Below, piece after piece: positions 39,231 to 47,939 of a stretch of DNA of 64,000 nucleotides. The stretch is taken from the NCBI GenBank assembly GCA_963675785.1, contig OY776562.1:2912001-2976000 (forward strand), given 5' to 3'. Both the position numbers and the translations under genes were made by a program. Numbering within the stretch: position 1 is the first letter of the stretch; each line of letters opens with the position of its first letter. The stretch is from Anaerolineae bacterium (GTDB lineage Bacteria > Chloroflexota > Anaerolineae > UBA1429). Below the pieces are notes generated by a model. The model saw nothing but the letters and a program-made list of their open reading frames with translations. It was not told where the DNA came from and did not search any database.

Positions 39231-40409
39231 ATGAAGGATATCTTTGAAAAGTGTTGGGAATACACTCGCGCTGACGAAGCAAAGGCGAGTGGTGATTATC
39301 CCTATTTTATTCCTCTCGAAGACACTGAAGGCACCGAAGTGGTCGTCCAGGGCAAACACATGATCATGATAGGTTCCAACAACTATCTTGGTCTGACCAC
39401 ACACCCGCGTGTACGCGAGGCGGCCATGGAGGCTCTCAAACGTTACGGCCCGGGCTGCACGGGATCTCGCTTTCTCAACGGTAACTTGGCCTTGCATAAT
39501 CAGCTAGAAGAAGAACTGGCTGCCTTTATTGGCAAAGAGGCGGGTTTGGTATTCAGCACAGGAATGCAAACCAACATGGGCACGATTTCTGCTCTTGTAG
39601 GGCGTGGCGACGTGGTGGTGACCGATCGTGAGGATCATGCCAGCATCATCGATGGCTGTCGCCTTGGTTATGGCGAGATGAAGCGCTATCGGCATAACGA
39701 TATAGAGCACCTGGATGCTGTGCTATCTGGTATTGGAGATAAACCAACACTGGTGGTAGTAGATGGCATCTTTAGCATGGGCGGGGATATAGCACCGTTG
39801 CCCGCCATTGTTGAGGTTTGCAAAAAGCATGGTGCACGCTTGATGGTAGATGATGCACACTCGCTAGGTGTGTTGGCCGGTGGGCGTGGCACTGCTGCTC
39901 ACTTTGGTCTGACTGATGAGGTCGATATCACCATGGGCACCTTTAGCAAGTCTTTTGCATCCATCGGTGGCGTTATTGCTGCTGATAAAAAAGTGATTGA
40001 TTATATCAAGCATAATGGCCGTGCACTCATCTTTAGCGCCAGCATCCCGGCGGCAAGTGCAGCGACCGTTCTGGCTGCTTTGCATGTACTGCAAGAAGAA
40101 CCTGAGCGTGCCGAACGGGTGATGCAGATTGGCGAAAAGATGCGCCAGGGCTATCGTTCCATGGGCTTTAATGTGGGAGCTAGCGAGACGCCTATCGTGC
40201 CTATTTTCATTGGCGATGATAAAAAGACCTTTGCTATGTGGCATGCTCTGTTTGATGCGGGCGTATACGTGAATCCTGTGGTTCCGCCGGCGGTTCCGCC
40301 CGAGATGTCGTTGCTGCGTACCAGCTATATGGCTACTCATACCGATGAACAGCTCGATCGTGTGCTCGACATATTTGGCGACTGTGGTAGAAAAGTGGGT
40401 TTGATCTAA
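39231..40409 (+). CDS. PLP-dependent alpha-oxoamine synthase (AONS/serine palmitoyltransferase-like)
   Basis: GSNNYLGL, GSRFLNG, HASIIDG, DDAHSLG and GTFSKS. Confidence 0.9.
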   Translation: MKDIFEKCWEYTRADEAKASGDYPYFIPLEDTEGTEVVVQGKHMIMIGSNNYLGLTTHPRVREAAMEALKRYGPGCTGSRFLNGNLALHNQLEEELAAFIGKEAGLVFSTGMQTNMGTISALVGRGDVVVTDREDHASIIDGCRLGYGEMKRYRHNDIEHLDAVLSGIGDKPTLVVVDGIFSMGGDIAPLPAIVEVCKKHGARLMVDDAHSLGVLAGGRGTAAHFGLTDEVDITMGTFSKSFASIGGVIAADKKVIDYIKHNGRALIFSASIPAASAATVLAALHVLQEEPERAERVMQIGEKMRQGYRSMGFNVGASETPIVPIFIGDDKKTFAMWHALFDAGVYVNPVVPPAVPPEMSLLRTSYMATHTDEQLDRVLDIFGDCGRKVGLI

Positions 40410-40420
40410 TCCCTGTAGCT

Positions 40421-40470
40421 AAACGGGGAGCGCTCAGCATTTGATGCTGTAGCACTCCCCGTTTTCTTGT
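40421..40470. terminator. Bidirectional terminator between convergent genes
   Basis: AAACGGGGAG...CTCCCCGTTT imperfect long hairpin flanked by A/T tracts. Confidence 0.75.
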
Positions 40471-40477
40471 TTATGGA

Positions 40478-41140
40478 CTATTGATTGACCAAAAGACCCT
40501 GAATGCCGCTATCAAGTGCAATCATCAGCGACTCTATGGTCCAGGCCGGTTTTAGCCAGAGTTGTGTAGGTAGCTCTTCGTTTGCATATAGCTGCACACC
40601 GGGAAAGGCCAGCATTTGAGAAAGCTCGAGCTGTTTTGCCGCTAATACCCTCCGAACAAGGCCTGTGGGGATAGCCAACAATCCTAGGATATCCCTTGGC
40701 AGGGGCGTTTGGTTGAGATGAGCTAGGTATGTGGCGATGATTAATGTCTCAGCTAAAATGTTTTCCTGGCGATGCAGATTCTTACTAATGGTCAGCAAAG
40801 CGGGAGTGGGCTCTGTGCTTGTTTCAAAAGAGCTGACGGTGACGACTTTATGTTCGTATACCGCGCAGGTATGTTCGGCGTTGATGATCTCGACGGAACA
40901 CCCCACTTCTTCGAGGGCCTCACGTCGGAGAGTTTGCAAAAGAGTTTCTCCCGGCTCGATCGAGCCGCCAATAGCCCCCAGAGGTGCTATCAAGTCGCCA
41001 TCGATAACCTGCCAGTGCTTGCGTTTGCCTATCTCTATGTAAAAGTAATCATTGCTATGCAGCAACGCCGAAGCGCCTGTATACGCCCAAGAAGCTTTAC
41101 CACAGAGCTTTGAGATAACTTGGTCTAATGTGTTGGTCAT
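40478..41140 (-). CDS. NUDIX-domain protein
   Basis: GGSIEPGETLLQTLRREALEEVG. Confidence 0.75.
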   Translation of the reverse strand: MTNTLDQVISKLCGKASWAYTGASALLHSNDYFYIEIGKRKHWQVIDGDLIAPLGAIGGSIEPGETLLQTLRREALEEVGCSVEIINAEHTCAVYEHKVVTVSSFETSTEPTPALLTISKNLHRQENILAETLIIATYLAHLNQTPLPRDILGLLAIPTGLVRRVLAAKQLELSQMLAFPGVQLYANEELPTQLWLKPAWTIESLMIALDSGIQGLLVNQ

Positions 41141-41155
41141 GTTTGATCTGCAGTT

Positions 41156-42187
41156 TTAGTGTATGAACATGGCGTCGCCAAAGCTGAAGAAGCGATAGCG
41201 TTGTTCAACGGCGTCATGGTAGGCTTTTTGTATGTTCTCCTGTCCGGCCAGGGCTGATACGAGCATTAACAGCGAGGACTTGGGCAGGTGAAAGTTCGTG
41301 ATGAGCGCGTCCACGATTTGGAACTTGAATCCGGGATAGATGAATAACTCGGTAGCGCCGTCCCAAGACTCGACCAAACCACTGTGCCCCTGTGCGGCTG
41401 ATTCCAACACACGCACTGAGGTAGTGCCTACTGCAATGATCCGGCGGCCCTCCTTTTTGGCGGTGTTGATCCTTGTAGCGGACTCTTCATTGAGCTGGCA
41501 GTATTCGGAATGAATTTGGTGATCCTCGACCCGATCCTCGCTCACGGGGCGAAAAGTGTCCAAGCCAATGTGCAGAATCACCGAGACCCACTCGACGCCC
41601 TTGGCTTGAGCAGCCTCGCAAAGGGCAGGCGTAAAGTGCAGGCCTGCCGTGGGCGCTGCCACCGAACCTTTGACGCGCGAATAGACAGTTTGGTAGCGTT
41701 CGCTATTTTCGAGTGTGGTGTGAATGTAGGGCGGTAGCGGCATGATGCCGATATTGTCCAAATAATCGTCAATGGGTACGCCGAAATCGACAAGTCGCCC
41801 GCCTGACGGGGTGATGGCTGTGACCTCGCCCTCAATGTGAATAGCAGGGTCAGCAGTGTGAATAGCGATATGTTGGCCTACATCAACCTTGCGCCCCTTG
41901 ACCAGCGATTCCCACACCGTATTGCTACGTCTGGCCAGCAGCAATAATTCGACTTTGCCGCCGGTGGGCACCTTGCTGGCGTGCAATCGGGCAGGGATAA
42001 CCCGCGACTCGTTGGCTACGAGCACGTCGCCGGGGTGCAGGTAATCGAGAATATCGTGAAAGACGCGATGCTCAATCTTTCCGGTGTGTCGGTCCAAGAT
42101 AAGCAAGCGTGAGCTATCTCGGGGATCTGCCGGCGTTTGGGCAATGAGTTCTTGCGGTAGGTCATAGTTGAAATCAGTTGTCAGCAC
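41156..42187 (-). CDS. queA: S-adenosylmethionine:tRNA ribosyltransferase-isomerase QueA
   Basis: LIAQTP, PLPPYI, YQTVY, AAPTAGLHFT, AVGTTSVR, TNFHLPKS and YRFFSFGDAM. Confidence 0.97.
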   Translation of the reverse strand: MLTTDFNYDLPQELIAQTPADPRDSSRLLILDRHTGKIEHRVFHDILDYLHPGDVLVANESRVIPARLHASKVPTGGKVELLLLARRSNTVWESLVKGRKVDVGQHIAIHTADPAIHIEGEVTAITPSGGRLVDFGVPIDDYLDNIGIMPLPPYIHTTLENSERYQTVYSRVKGSVAAPTAGLHFTPALCEAAQAKGVEWVSVILHIGLDTFRPVSEDRVEDHQIHSEYCQLNEESATRINTAKKEGRRIIAVGTTSVRVLESAAQGHSGLVESWDGATELFIYPGFKFQIVDALITNFHLPKSSLLMLVSALAGQENIQKAYHDAVEQRYRFFSFGDAMFIH

Positions 42188-42189
42188 GA

Positions 42190-42954
42190 TTAAATGCTAT
42201 CTCCTCTAGAGCGTCTCGGATTGGTCCAGGCAGTGCTATCGAGCGCTTCCCATTCGCTATAAATGCAACCGCAGTATCGCTGCATGTAAAGGTTACTTTG
42301 GTGGGCCAGGCGGTGATGCTCGGCAAACCCGCGGCGGAAATTCTCCCAGTACCAGGTTACCCCGTACTTTTTCGCTAGTTCCTCTCCCATTTGACGGAGG
42401 GCTTTTTGATTCTGATAGGGGCTGATAAGCAGTGTGGTGCTAAAAGCATCCATGCCTAGCTCAGCAGCTCGTGCTGCAGTGCGCTCCAAGCGCATGTGGT
42501 AGCAAATCATACAGCGCTTGCCAAATTCTTCCTTGTTAGCCACTTGACGCAGAAACTCGGGCATCTCATAGCCGGGTTCCCATATCACAGGCAGTTCAAT
42601 CTCGGTAGCATACTGGGCTAGCGTGCCGCGTCGTCTTTCGTGCTCAGAAAAGGGATGGACATTGGGATTATACCAATATCCGCTTACATCCCAGCCCTGT
42701 TCGCGCAGACGGGCCACAGTGTAGGTGCTACAAGGTCCACAGCAGATATGCAGCAGGATGGATTGGCCTTCGAACCTCTGTGGTCCTGGCAGGGTCTCAG
42801 GGGTTGGAATGTCGATGATTTGGGCGAGTTGAATGGTGAGGGGGGATTCAGCGATACGAGTGGCTTTGCCCTGGACAACAAGTTTCTCGGCGCGTTCTTC
42901 AGTGGTATTGGATATTTGATTCCCTCTGGCGTCGAGAACGATGGCGCCTTTCAT
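42190..42954 (-). CDS. queH: Epoxyqueuosine reductase QueH with an extra N-terminal domain
   Basis: [17 protein letters not shown]...R, Cxx[13 protein letters not shown] and YxQxYCGC; ATG at 42954 overlaps the ruvB stop (ATGA). Confidence 0.9.
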   Translation of the reverse strand: MKGAIVLDARGNQISNTTEERAEKLVVQGKATRIAESPLTIQLAQIIDIPTPETLPGPQRFEGQSILLHICCGPCSTYTVARLREQGWDVSGYWYNPNVHPFSEHERRRGTLAQYATEIELPVIWEPGYEMPEFLRQVANKEEFGKRCMICYHMRLERTAARAAELGMDAFSTTLLISPYQNQKALRQMGEELAKKYGVTWYWENFRRGFAEHHRLAHQSNLYMQRYCGCIYSEWEALDSTAWTNPRRSRGDSI

Positions 42955-43982
42955 AATAACCTCTGCTGTTCCTCGTTTGAGCGGGTACAAGCTATGCCAA
43001 GATGTTCATAAGCGCGACGGGTAGCCATACGGCCTCGCGGTGTGCGTTCGATAAAACCGAGCTGTAACAAAAACGGCTCGTACACGTCATTGATGGTATC
43101 AGCATCTTCGCTGAGAGCGGCGGCAACAGTGTCTAATCCCACTGGGCCACCATCGAACTTTTCGATAATCGTCAGTAAGACGCGGCGATCTGATGAATCC
43201 AGGCCGAATTCGTCAACCTCGAGCATCTCCAAAGCTGCGTCGGCTACACTTGCGGTGATGACGCCATCGGCGCGAACTTGGGCATAGTCACGGACGCGCT
43301 TGAGCAGACGGTTGGCCACGCGCGGTGTTCCTCGCGAGCGCTGGGCGATAACCAAGGTACCGAGTTCATCGATCTCTACACCCAGAATATGTGCCGAGCG
43401 GCGGACGATGGCTATCATGGCGGGCTGATCGTAGAAATCTAGGCGCTGTACGACGCCGAAACGATCTCGTAGTGGTGAAGTGAGCAGTGCAATGCGCGTG
43501 GTAGCACCGATCAGGCTAAAACGCGGCAAGTTGAGCCGAAGCGTACGGGCTGTTGGTCCTTTGCCGATGAGCACATCCAGCTTGTAATCTTCCATCGCGG
43601 GGTATAGTACTTCTTCGACTGCCCGGCTAAGGCGGTGAATTTCGTCCACAAAGAGGATATCGCCCTCGCGGAGGTTGCTGACGATGGCGGCAAGGTCTCC
43701 TGGTCGAACGATGATCGGCCCCGAGGTGATTTTGATGCGCACACCCATCTCTGTGGCAATAACATTGGCCAACGTAGTTTTCCCCAGCCCCGGCGGCCCG
43801 TAGAGGAGGATGTGATCCAGCGCCTCACCACGAGAACGGGCTGCCTCCAGGCATACACGCAGATTCTCGACAACGGCTTCCTGGCCAATATATTCGTCGA
43901 GTGTGTGGGGCCTGAGACTTTTCTCAATGGTCTCTTCTTCGGGGTGAACGGCTGGAGAAATGACACGATCCTGGTCTTGCAC
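42951..43982 (-). CDS. ruvB: Holliday junction branch migration helicase RuvB
   Basis: [39 protein letters not shown] and RTPRGR. Confidence 0.97.
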   Translation of the reverse strand: MQDQDRVISPAVHPEEETIEKSLRPHTLDEYIGQEAVVENLRVCLEAARSRGEALDHILLYGPPGLGKTTLANVIATEMGVRIKITSGPIIVRPGDLAAIVSNLREGDILFVDEIHRLSRAVEEVLYPAMEDYKLDVLIGKGPTARTLRLNLPRFSLIGATTRIALLTSPLRDRFGVVQRLDFYDQPAMIAIVRRSAHILGVEIDELGTLVIAQRSRGTPRVANRLLKRVRDYAQVRADGVITASVADAALEMLEVDEFGLDSSDRRVLLTIIEKFDGGPVGLDTVAAALSEDADTINDVYEPFLLQLGFIERTPRGRMATRRAYEHLGIACTRSNEEQQRLL

Positions 43983-44011
43983 GTAACCTCTCCGATTGGG
44001 TGAGGGAACTC

Positions 44012-44041
44012 AACAAACGGGGATGCCACCAGGCATCCCCG
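44012..44041 (-). terminator. Hairpin/terminator between the corrinoid gene and ruvB
   Basis: CGGGGATGCC-acca-GGCATCCCCG, followed by TTTGTT on the minus strand. Confidence 0.7.
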
Positions 44042-44067
44042 AATGAACGCATAGTCTTTTGGCCTGG

Positions 44068-44703
44068 CTAAACGCCGAGGAGCGTTTTGCAGAGCTGCGC
44101 GGCCCCGGCGGCGTCACGAGAGTACCCATCGGCGCCGATCTCATCAGCATACTTTTGTGTAACAGGAGCACCACCGATGATTACCTTGATCTTGTCGCGG
44201 TAACCGGACTCTTCGAGCACCTCAATGGTCGCTTTCATAGATGGCATCGTGGTTGTGAGTAGCGCTGAGAGGCCGATGATTTGAGCGTTGTTGTCGATAG
44301 CTGCCTGAACAAAGTCTTGCGGCGAGACGTCAACACCCTTGTCAATGACTTCGAAACCGGCACCTTCGACCATAATGGCCACAAGGTTCTTGCCGATATC
44401 ATGAAGGTCACCTTTGACGGTACCGAGCACAACCTTGCCTAGGGGCTCATAATCGCTAGCAACCAATTCCGGCTTGATGATAGCCAAGCCGGCCTTCATG
44501 GCGCGAGCGGCGATGAGCATCTCCGGTACATAATATTCATTGATTTCGAAAAGGCGGCCTACTTCGGTCATGGCGGGAATCATGGCATCAAAGAGCAACT
44601 CTTTTGCACCGATGTTCTCGGCTAGAGCTGCTTCTGTCGCCTCTTCGACGGCTTCCATATCACCGTCCAGGATCCCTTCGTAGATATCTTCTTTGTAACC
44701 CAT
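44068..44703 (-). CDS. Corrinoid (cobalamin-binding) protein, MttC/MtbC-like
   Basis: Four-helix cap, GDLHDIGKNLV (DxHxxG), SALLTTT and GGAP. Confidence 0.92.
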   Translation of the reverse strand: MGYKEDIYEGILDGDMEAVEEATEAALAENIGAKELLFDAMIPAMTEVGRLFEINEYYVPEMLIAARAMKAGLAIIKPELVASDYEPLGKVVLGTVKGDLHDIGKNLVAIMVEGAGFEVIDKGVDVSPQDFVQAAIDNNAQIIGLSALLTTTMPSMKATIEVLEESGYRDKIKVIIGGAPVTQKYADEIGADGYSRDAAGAAQLCKTLLGV

Positions 44704-44806
44704 TACAGATCCTCCTGCGCGGGCGGTATGCGGCTGTTACCACCGCCGACATAACATCGTGCGTATTCTAGCATTGGTGGTGGACAGGAGCAAGCCGCGA
44801 AAACAA

Positions 44807-45637
44807 TCAATTCAACATCTTTAAACAGAGTGCCGTGATTAGGGCTCCGACGATGGTACTGATGAGATCGATAGTCTCGTCAGTGATCCAACCGATGCCC
44901 CGGACATACTCGGCCGGATGTCCTTCCGAGTCGGTTTCTTGCTGACTAAAACGCTTGCAAATATTGCAATAATACATTGCCTGTGCGGTTTGCGCTAGGA
45001 TGCTATCTACTAGCATACCGACGAATCCGCCGATGGTGGCTGCCAGAGGAAGCCATAGGCGATCCTGTGGCCAGTATTGCTGAGAGGCCAACATCGGCAA
45101 AGAGCTGGTCAAGAGTCCAACCAGACCGATAAGCCATCCACCACCCAAAGAAGCTACAAGACCCAGTGTAGAGATGGCCCCGGGTGTGCCAGGGGGAACG
45201 GGAATTTTGCTGGTCAAAAGCCGTGGTTTGTCTTTTGAGAGCAGGCCGATTTCCGTTGCCCAGACATCAGCGGTGGCGACGGAAAGAGAGCCAATAAAAA
45301 TCGGAAAGAGGCTAAATTCGGGCAAAAAAAGTTGGGCTGCTGCCATGGCTGTAGGCCAGCCAAGGCGCGAAGCTACTGCAACGCCGCTGAGATTCTTTCG
45401 GGAGGACTGTGCCTTTTGCTCAGAGCTAATCCCCATCAAACTCCAGTAAACCTGAGCGCCGATGAATACGATCAGTGGCACGGCCCATGCCCAACCCTTG
45501 CTGGCTGTAACAATGACGATAATGATTGCAGAGACAAGCATTCCAGACCGTGAATAAACTTGAAAGCGATGTCCCATGTAAAGGATGCCAAAAGAGACAA
45601 GAGCGAGTAGGGATAATACCCAGATTGGTGTACTCAT
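44807..45637 (-). CDS. DUF92 (TMEM19-like) membrane protein
   Basis: ATADVWATEIG, PRL.T...VPPGT.GAIS.LG and DSIL. Confidence 0.8.
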   Translation of the reverse strand: MSTPIWVLSLLALVSFGILYMGHRFQVYSRSGMLVSAIIIVIVTASKGWAWAVPLIVFIGAQVYWSLMGISSEQKAQSSRKNLSGVAVASRLGWPTAMAAAQLFLPEFSLFPIFIGSLSVATADVWATEIGLLSKDKPRLLTSKIPVPPGTPGAISTLGLVASLGGGWLIGLVGLLTSSLPMLASQQYWPQDRLWLPLAATIGGFVGMLVDSILAQTAQAMYYCNICKRFSQQETDSEGHPAEYVRGIGWITDETIDLISTIVGALITALCLKMLN

Positions 45638-46554
45638 GCTTGCCCCATTATGCGCAGCAACGCAATCAAAAGGGGTACTTGCACTATGACCGACGTTGTT
45701 GCGGCGATGTGGGATCCAAAACGCCGAGTAGAGTGGATGAACAAGCCAATGACTGTGTTTACGAGGACAAGTAAGGTTCCGATTCTCGGCAGCAGAAAAA
45801 GGCTTTCTCGGGAGATGATGGTGCCGTTAATGTTGCTAAACGTAGAGAGCAAAGTTACTCTGGCGGGGATATTGGCAAAGTTGAGAGATAATAAGGCAGT
45901 TAGAACAAGATTGATGAGGATAGATGCAATGACAAGTGAGCGGAAGGTGCCGTCGCTCCAGATTTCACGTGCTGCGATACCCGTACGTTGGTGTATCTCG
46001 ATGGTGTGTTCTGATACACCAATCTCTCGCTTGAATTGAAGGTCTGCAACAAAGTGTTGAGGATTTGCAGGAGATATCCCATAGACGCCTCGTTCGGTAA
46101 CCAAGATTACTTGATGCTCAAGTGGCTCTGTGCCGCATACGGTTAGTTCGCCCAGACTCTCCAATTCGATTGATCCTAAAAGATAACCTGGCCAACCAAT
46201 GCCGCGAAAACCTTCTTTCTGTCGCACATTATCGCCTGTTATCACTGCTTTGATGGTATCCAAGGGAATAACGTGACGAGTTGATCCCGTATCGATGGTA
46301 AGAGCATTTTGTGAAAGTGTATAAGAGAGCTGCCAGAGGCCGCCATACCAATAGGTCCAGAGGCCGAGCAAAATAAAGGCGGCCAGAGCTAACAGCGATG
46401 TGGCAAAGGCACTAAGCCCTGGCTCTTGCTGAAGGCTGCTTAGAGTTAAAAAGAGGGCTGTGCCGAGGATGATGATCAGCATGATCATGCCAATGACAAC
46501 ACCCACTATTTTATTAGGCCGCCAAACCATAGGGTCTCCAACTGTAATATTCAA
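45634..46554 (-). CDS. Membrane protein with a bacterial PH-like domain
   Basis: Two TM segments, soluble domain (Y.L....L.I......IPL..I, YGISP) and three C-terminal TM segments. Confidence 0.7.
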   Translation of the reverse strand: MNITVGDPMVWRPNKIVGVVIGMIMLIIILGTALFLTLSSLQQEPGLSAFATSLLALAAFILLGLWTYWYGGLWQLSYTLSQNALTIDTGSTRHVIPLDTIKAVITGDNVRQKEGFRGIGWPGYLLGSIELESLGELTVCGTEPLEHQVILVTERGVYGISPANPQHFVADLQFKREIGVSEHTIEIHQRTGIAAREIWSDGTFRSLVIASILINLVLTALLSLNFANIPARVTLLSTFSNINGTIISRESLFLLPRIGTLLVLVNTVIGLFIHSTRRFGSHIAATTSVIVQVPLLIALLRIMGQA

Positions 46555-46678
46555 TATGCAGGACGATTATAGCGATGCAGGATTAGAGGTGTCAAAAGAG
46601 TGTGTTCGACCCAATTGACCGCCTCTCAAGCCGTGTCTACAATCATAATTGGTCATCCAGTATGGAGGTAATCGGCAG

Positions 46679-46801
46679 ATGAAGATAGTGCAAAAGCTCG
46701 CCCCGGTAATGGGGCATGGTGAACCGATGCCTACAATGACGGGGATGAATGGTATTCTGATGATTCACCATAATGACATAGGTTGGGCGTATGGCGACTG
46801 A
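46679..46801 (+). CDS. Putative 40-aa leader/small protein (not in the ORF track)
   Basis: MKIVQKLAPVMGHGEPMPTMTGMNGILMIHHNDIGWAYGD; RBS GGAGGT; promoter TTGACC-N17-TACAAT at 46615-46643; overlaps the GT4 start by 11 nt. Confidence 0.5.
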   Translation: MKIVQKLAPVMGHGEPMPTMTGMNGILMIHHNDIGWAYGD

Positions 46802-47936
46802 GCCTTTGCGTGTGGGATTATTGGGTTCCTTTTGGAATATGGGGAATACGGGCAGCGGCCAATACACGCGTCGCCTTTATGAGCAATTGGCACAGCACAA
46901 CGAGATCAGTGTGACACCTTTTATAGGATCAGAAATTGAACCAGATGAACACCCCGATGAAGCAACCCTCCTCAAGGCGCCGTTGCGTTTTGGTGAAAAC
47001 GTTGCCAAGCTTTGGCAAGAGCAGGTGTCCTTCGCGCGCAGTGGTAGGCGGATGGGAATGGACTTGTTGCATGTGCCCTATTGGGCGCCGCCTTATTATC
47101 ACCATTTGCCGGTGGTAGTGACAGTGCACGACATTATCCCTTTACTTTTGCCCGAATATCGCGGATCGCGCCGTGTACAAGCCTACATGCGGCTGGCTAG
47201 CGCGGCTTGCCGGCGCGCTGAGGTAGTGTTGACTGACTCAAAAGCTTCAGCAAGGGACATTGTGACACATCTCCGTGTGCCTGAGGAGCGCGTGTGCAGG
47301 ATTTATTTGGCAGCGGATGAGATGTACCAACCTGCGGGTGAAGGAGATTTGGCAGAGTTGCGAGAACGTCTGGGGCTGCCCGACCGTTATTTGCTTTACC
47401 TGGGTGGCTTTGACTGCCGCAAAAATGTGCTGCTGCTGTTGCAAGCTTTTGAAGAGCTGTCGCGCGGTGATCCAGATATCGTTCTGGTGGTGGCAGGCAA
47501 GTTACCTGATGAGGATACAGCCTTCCATCCTGATCCCCGCCGATATGTGATGGACTGCTGTATGGAACGTATTCAGTTCCTGGGCTGGGTGGATGAGCAA
47601 GACAAGCCAGCCCTGTATTCTGGTGCATTGGGTTTTTGCTTCCCCTCTAGCTACGAGGGCTTTGGGCTGCCCGTGCTGGAGGCCCTTTCGTGCGGTACGC
47701 CGGTCATTGTGGGAGACAACAGTTCTTTGCCTGAAGTAGCTGGCCCGGGTGGGCTGGTCGTGCCCCTGGAGGCTTTGGCGCTGGCCGAGGCTATGCAGCA
47801 GCTCGTTGAGAATGATTCTCTTCGCCAGCAATTGGCTTCTGCTGGGATGGCACATGCTGCGGGTTTTTCCTGGAAGACGACGGCCGACGAGACGATTCAA
47901 GCCTATCGTACAGCGCTTGAAGATGGGAGAAATTAG
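46791..47936 (+). CDS. Glycosyltransferase family 4 (GT-B)
   Basis: VVTVHD, RKN, FPSSYEGFGLPVLEAL.CGTPV and FSW. Confidence 0.93.
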   Translation: MATEPLRVGLLGSFWNMGNTGSGQYTRRLYEQLAQHNEISVTPFIGSEIEPDEHPDEATLLKAPLRFGENVAKLWQEQVSFARSGRRMGMDLLHVPYWAPPYYHHLPVVVTVHDIIPLLLPEYRGSRRVQAYMRLASAACRRAEVVLTDSKASARDIVTHLRVPEERVCRIYLAADEMYQPAGEGDLAELRERLGLPDRYLLYLGGFDCRKNVLLLLQAFEELSRGDPDIVLVVAGKLPDEDTAFHPDPRRYVMDCCMERIQFLGWVDEQDKPALYSGALGFCFPSSYEGFGLPVLEALSCGTPVIVGDNSSLPEVAGPGGLVVPLEALALAEAMQQLVENDSLRQQLASAGMAHAAGFSWKTTADETIQAYRTALEDGRN

Positions 47937-47939
47937 CCC

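Noticed and set aside
42814-43000. Intact IscB or IS200/IS605 element at the PLMP-like segment
   Set aside because: There is no RuvC or HNH domain, no tnpA and no room for an omega-RNA; the segment is fused in frame to QueH and abuts ruvB.
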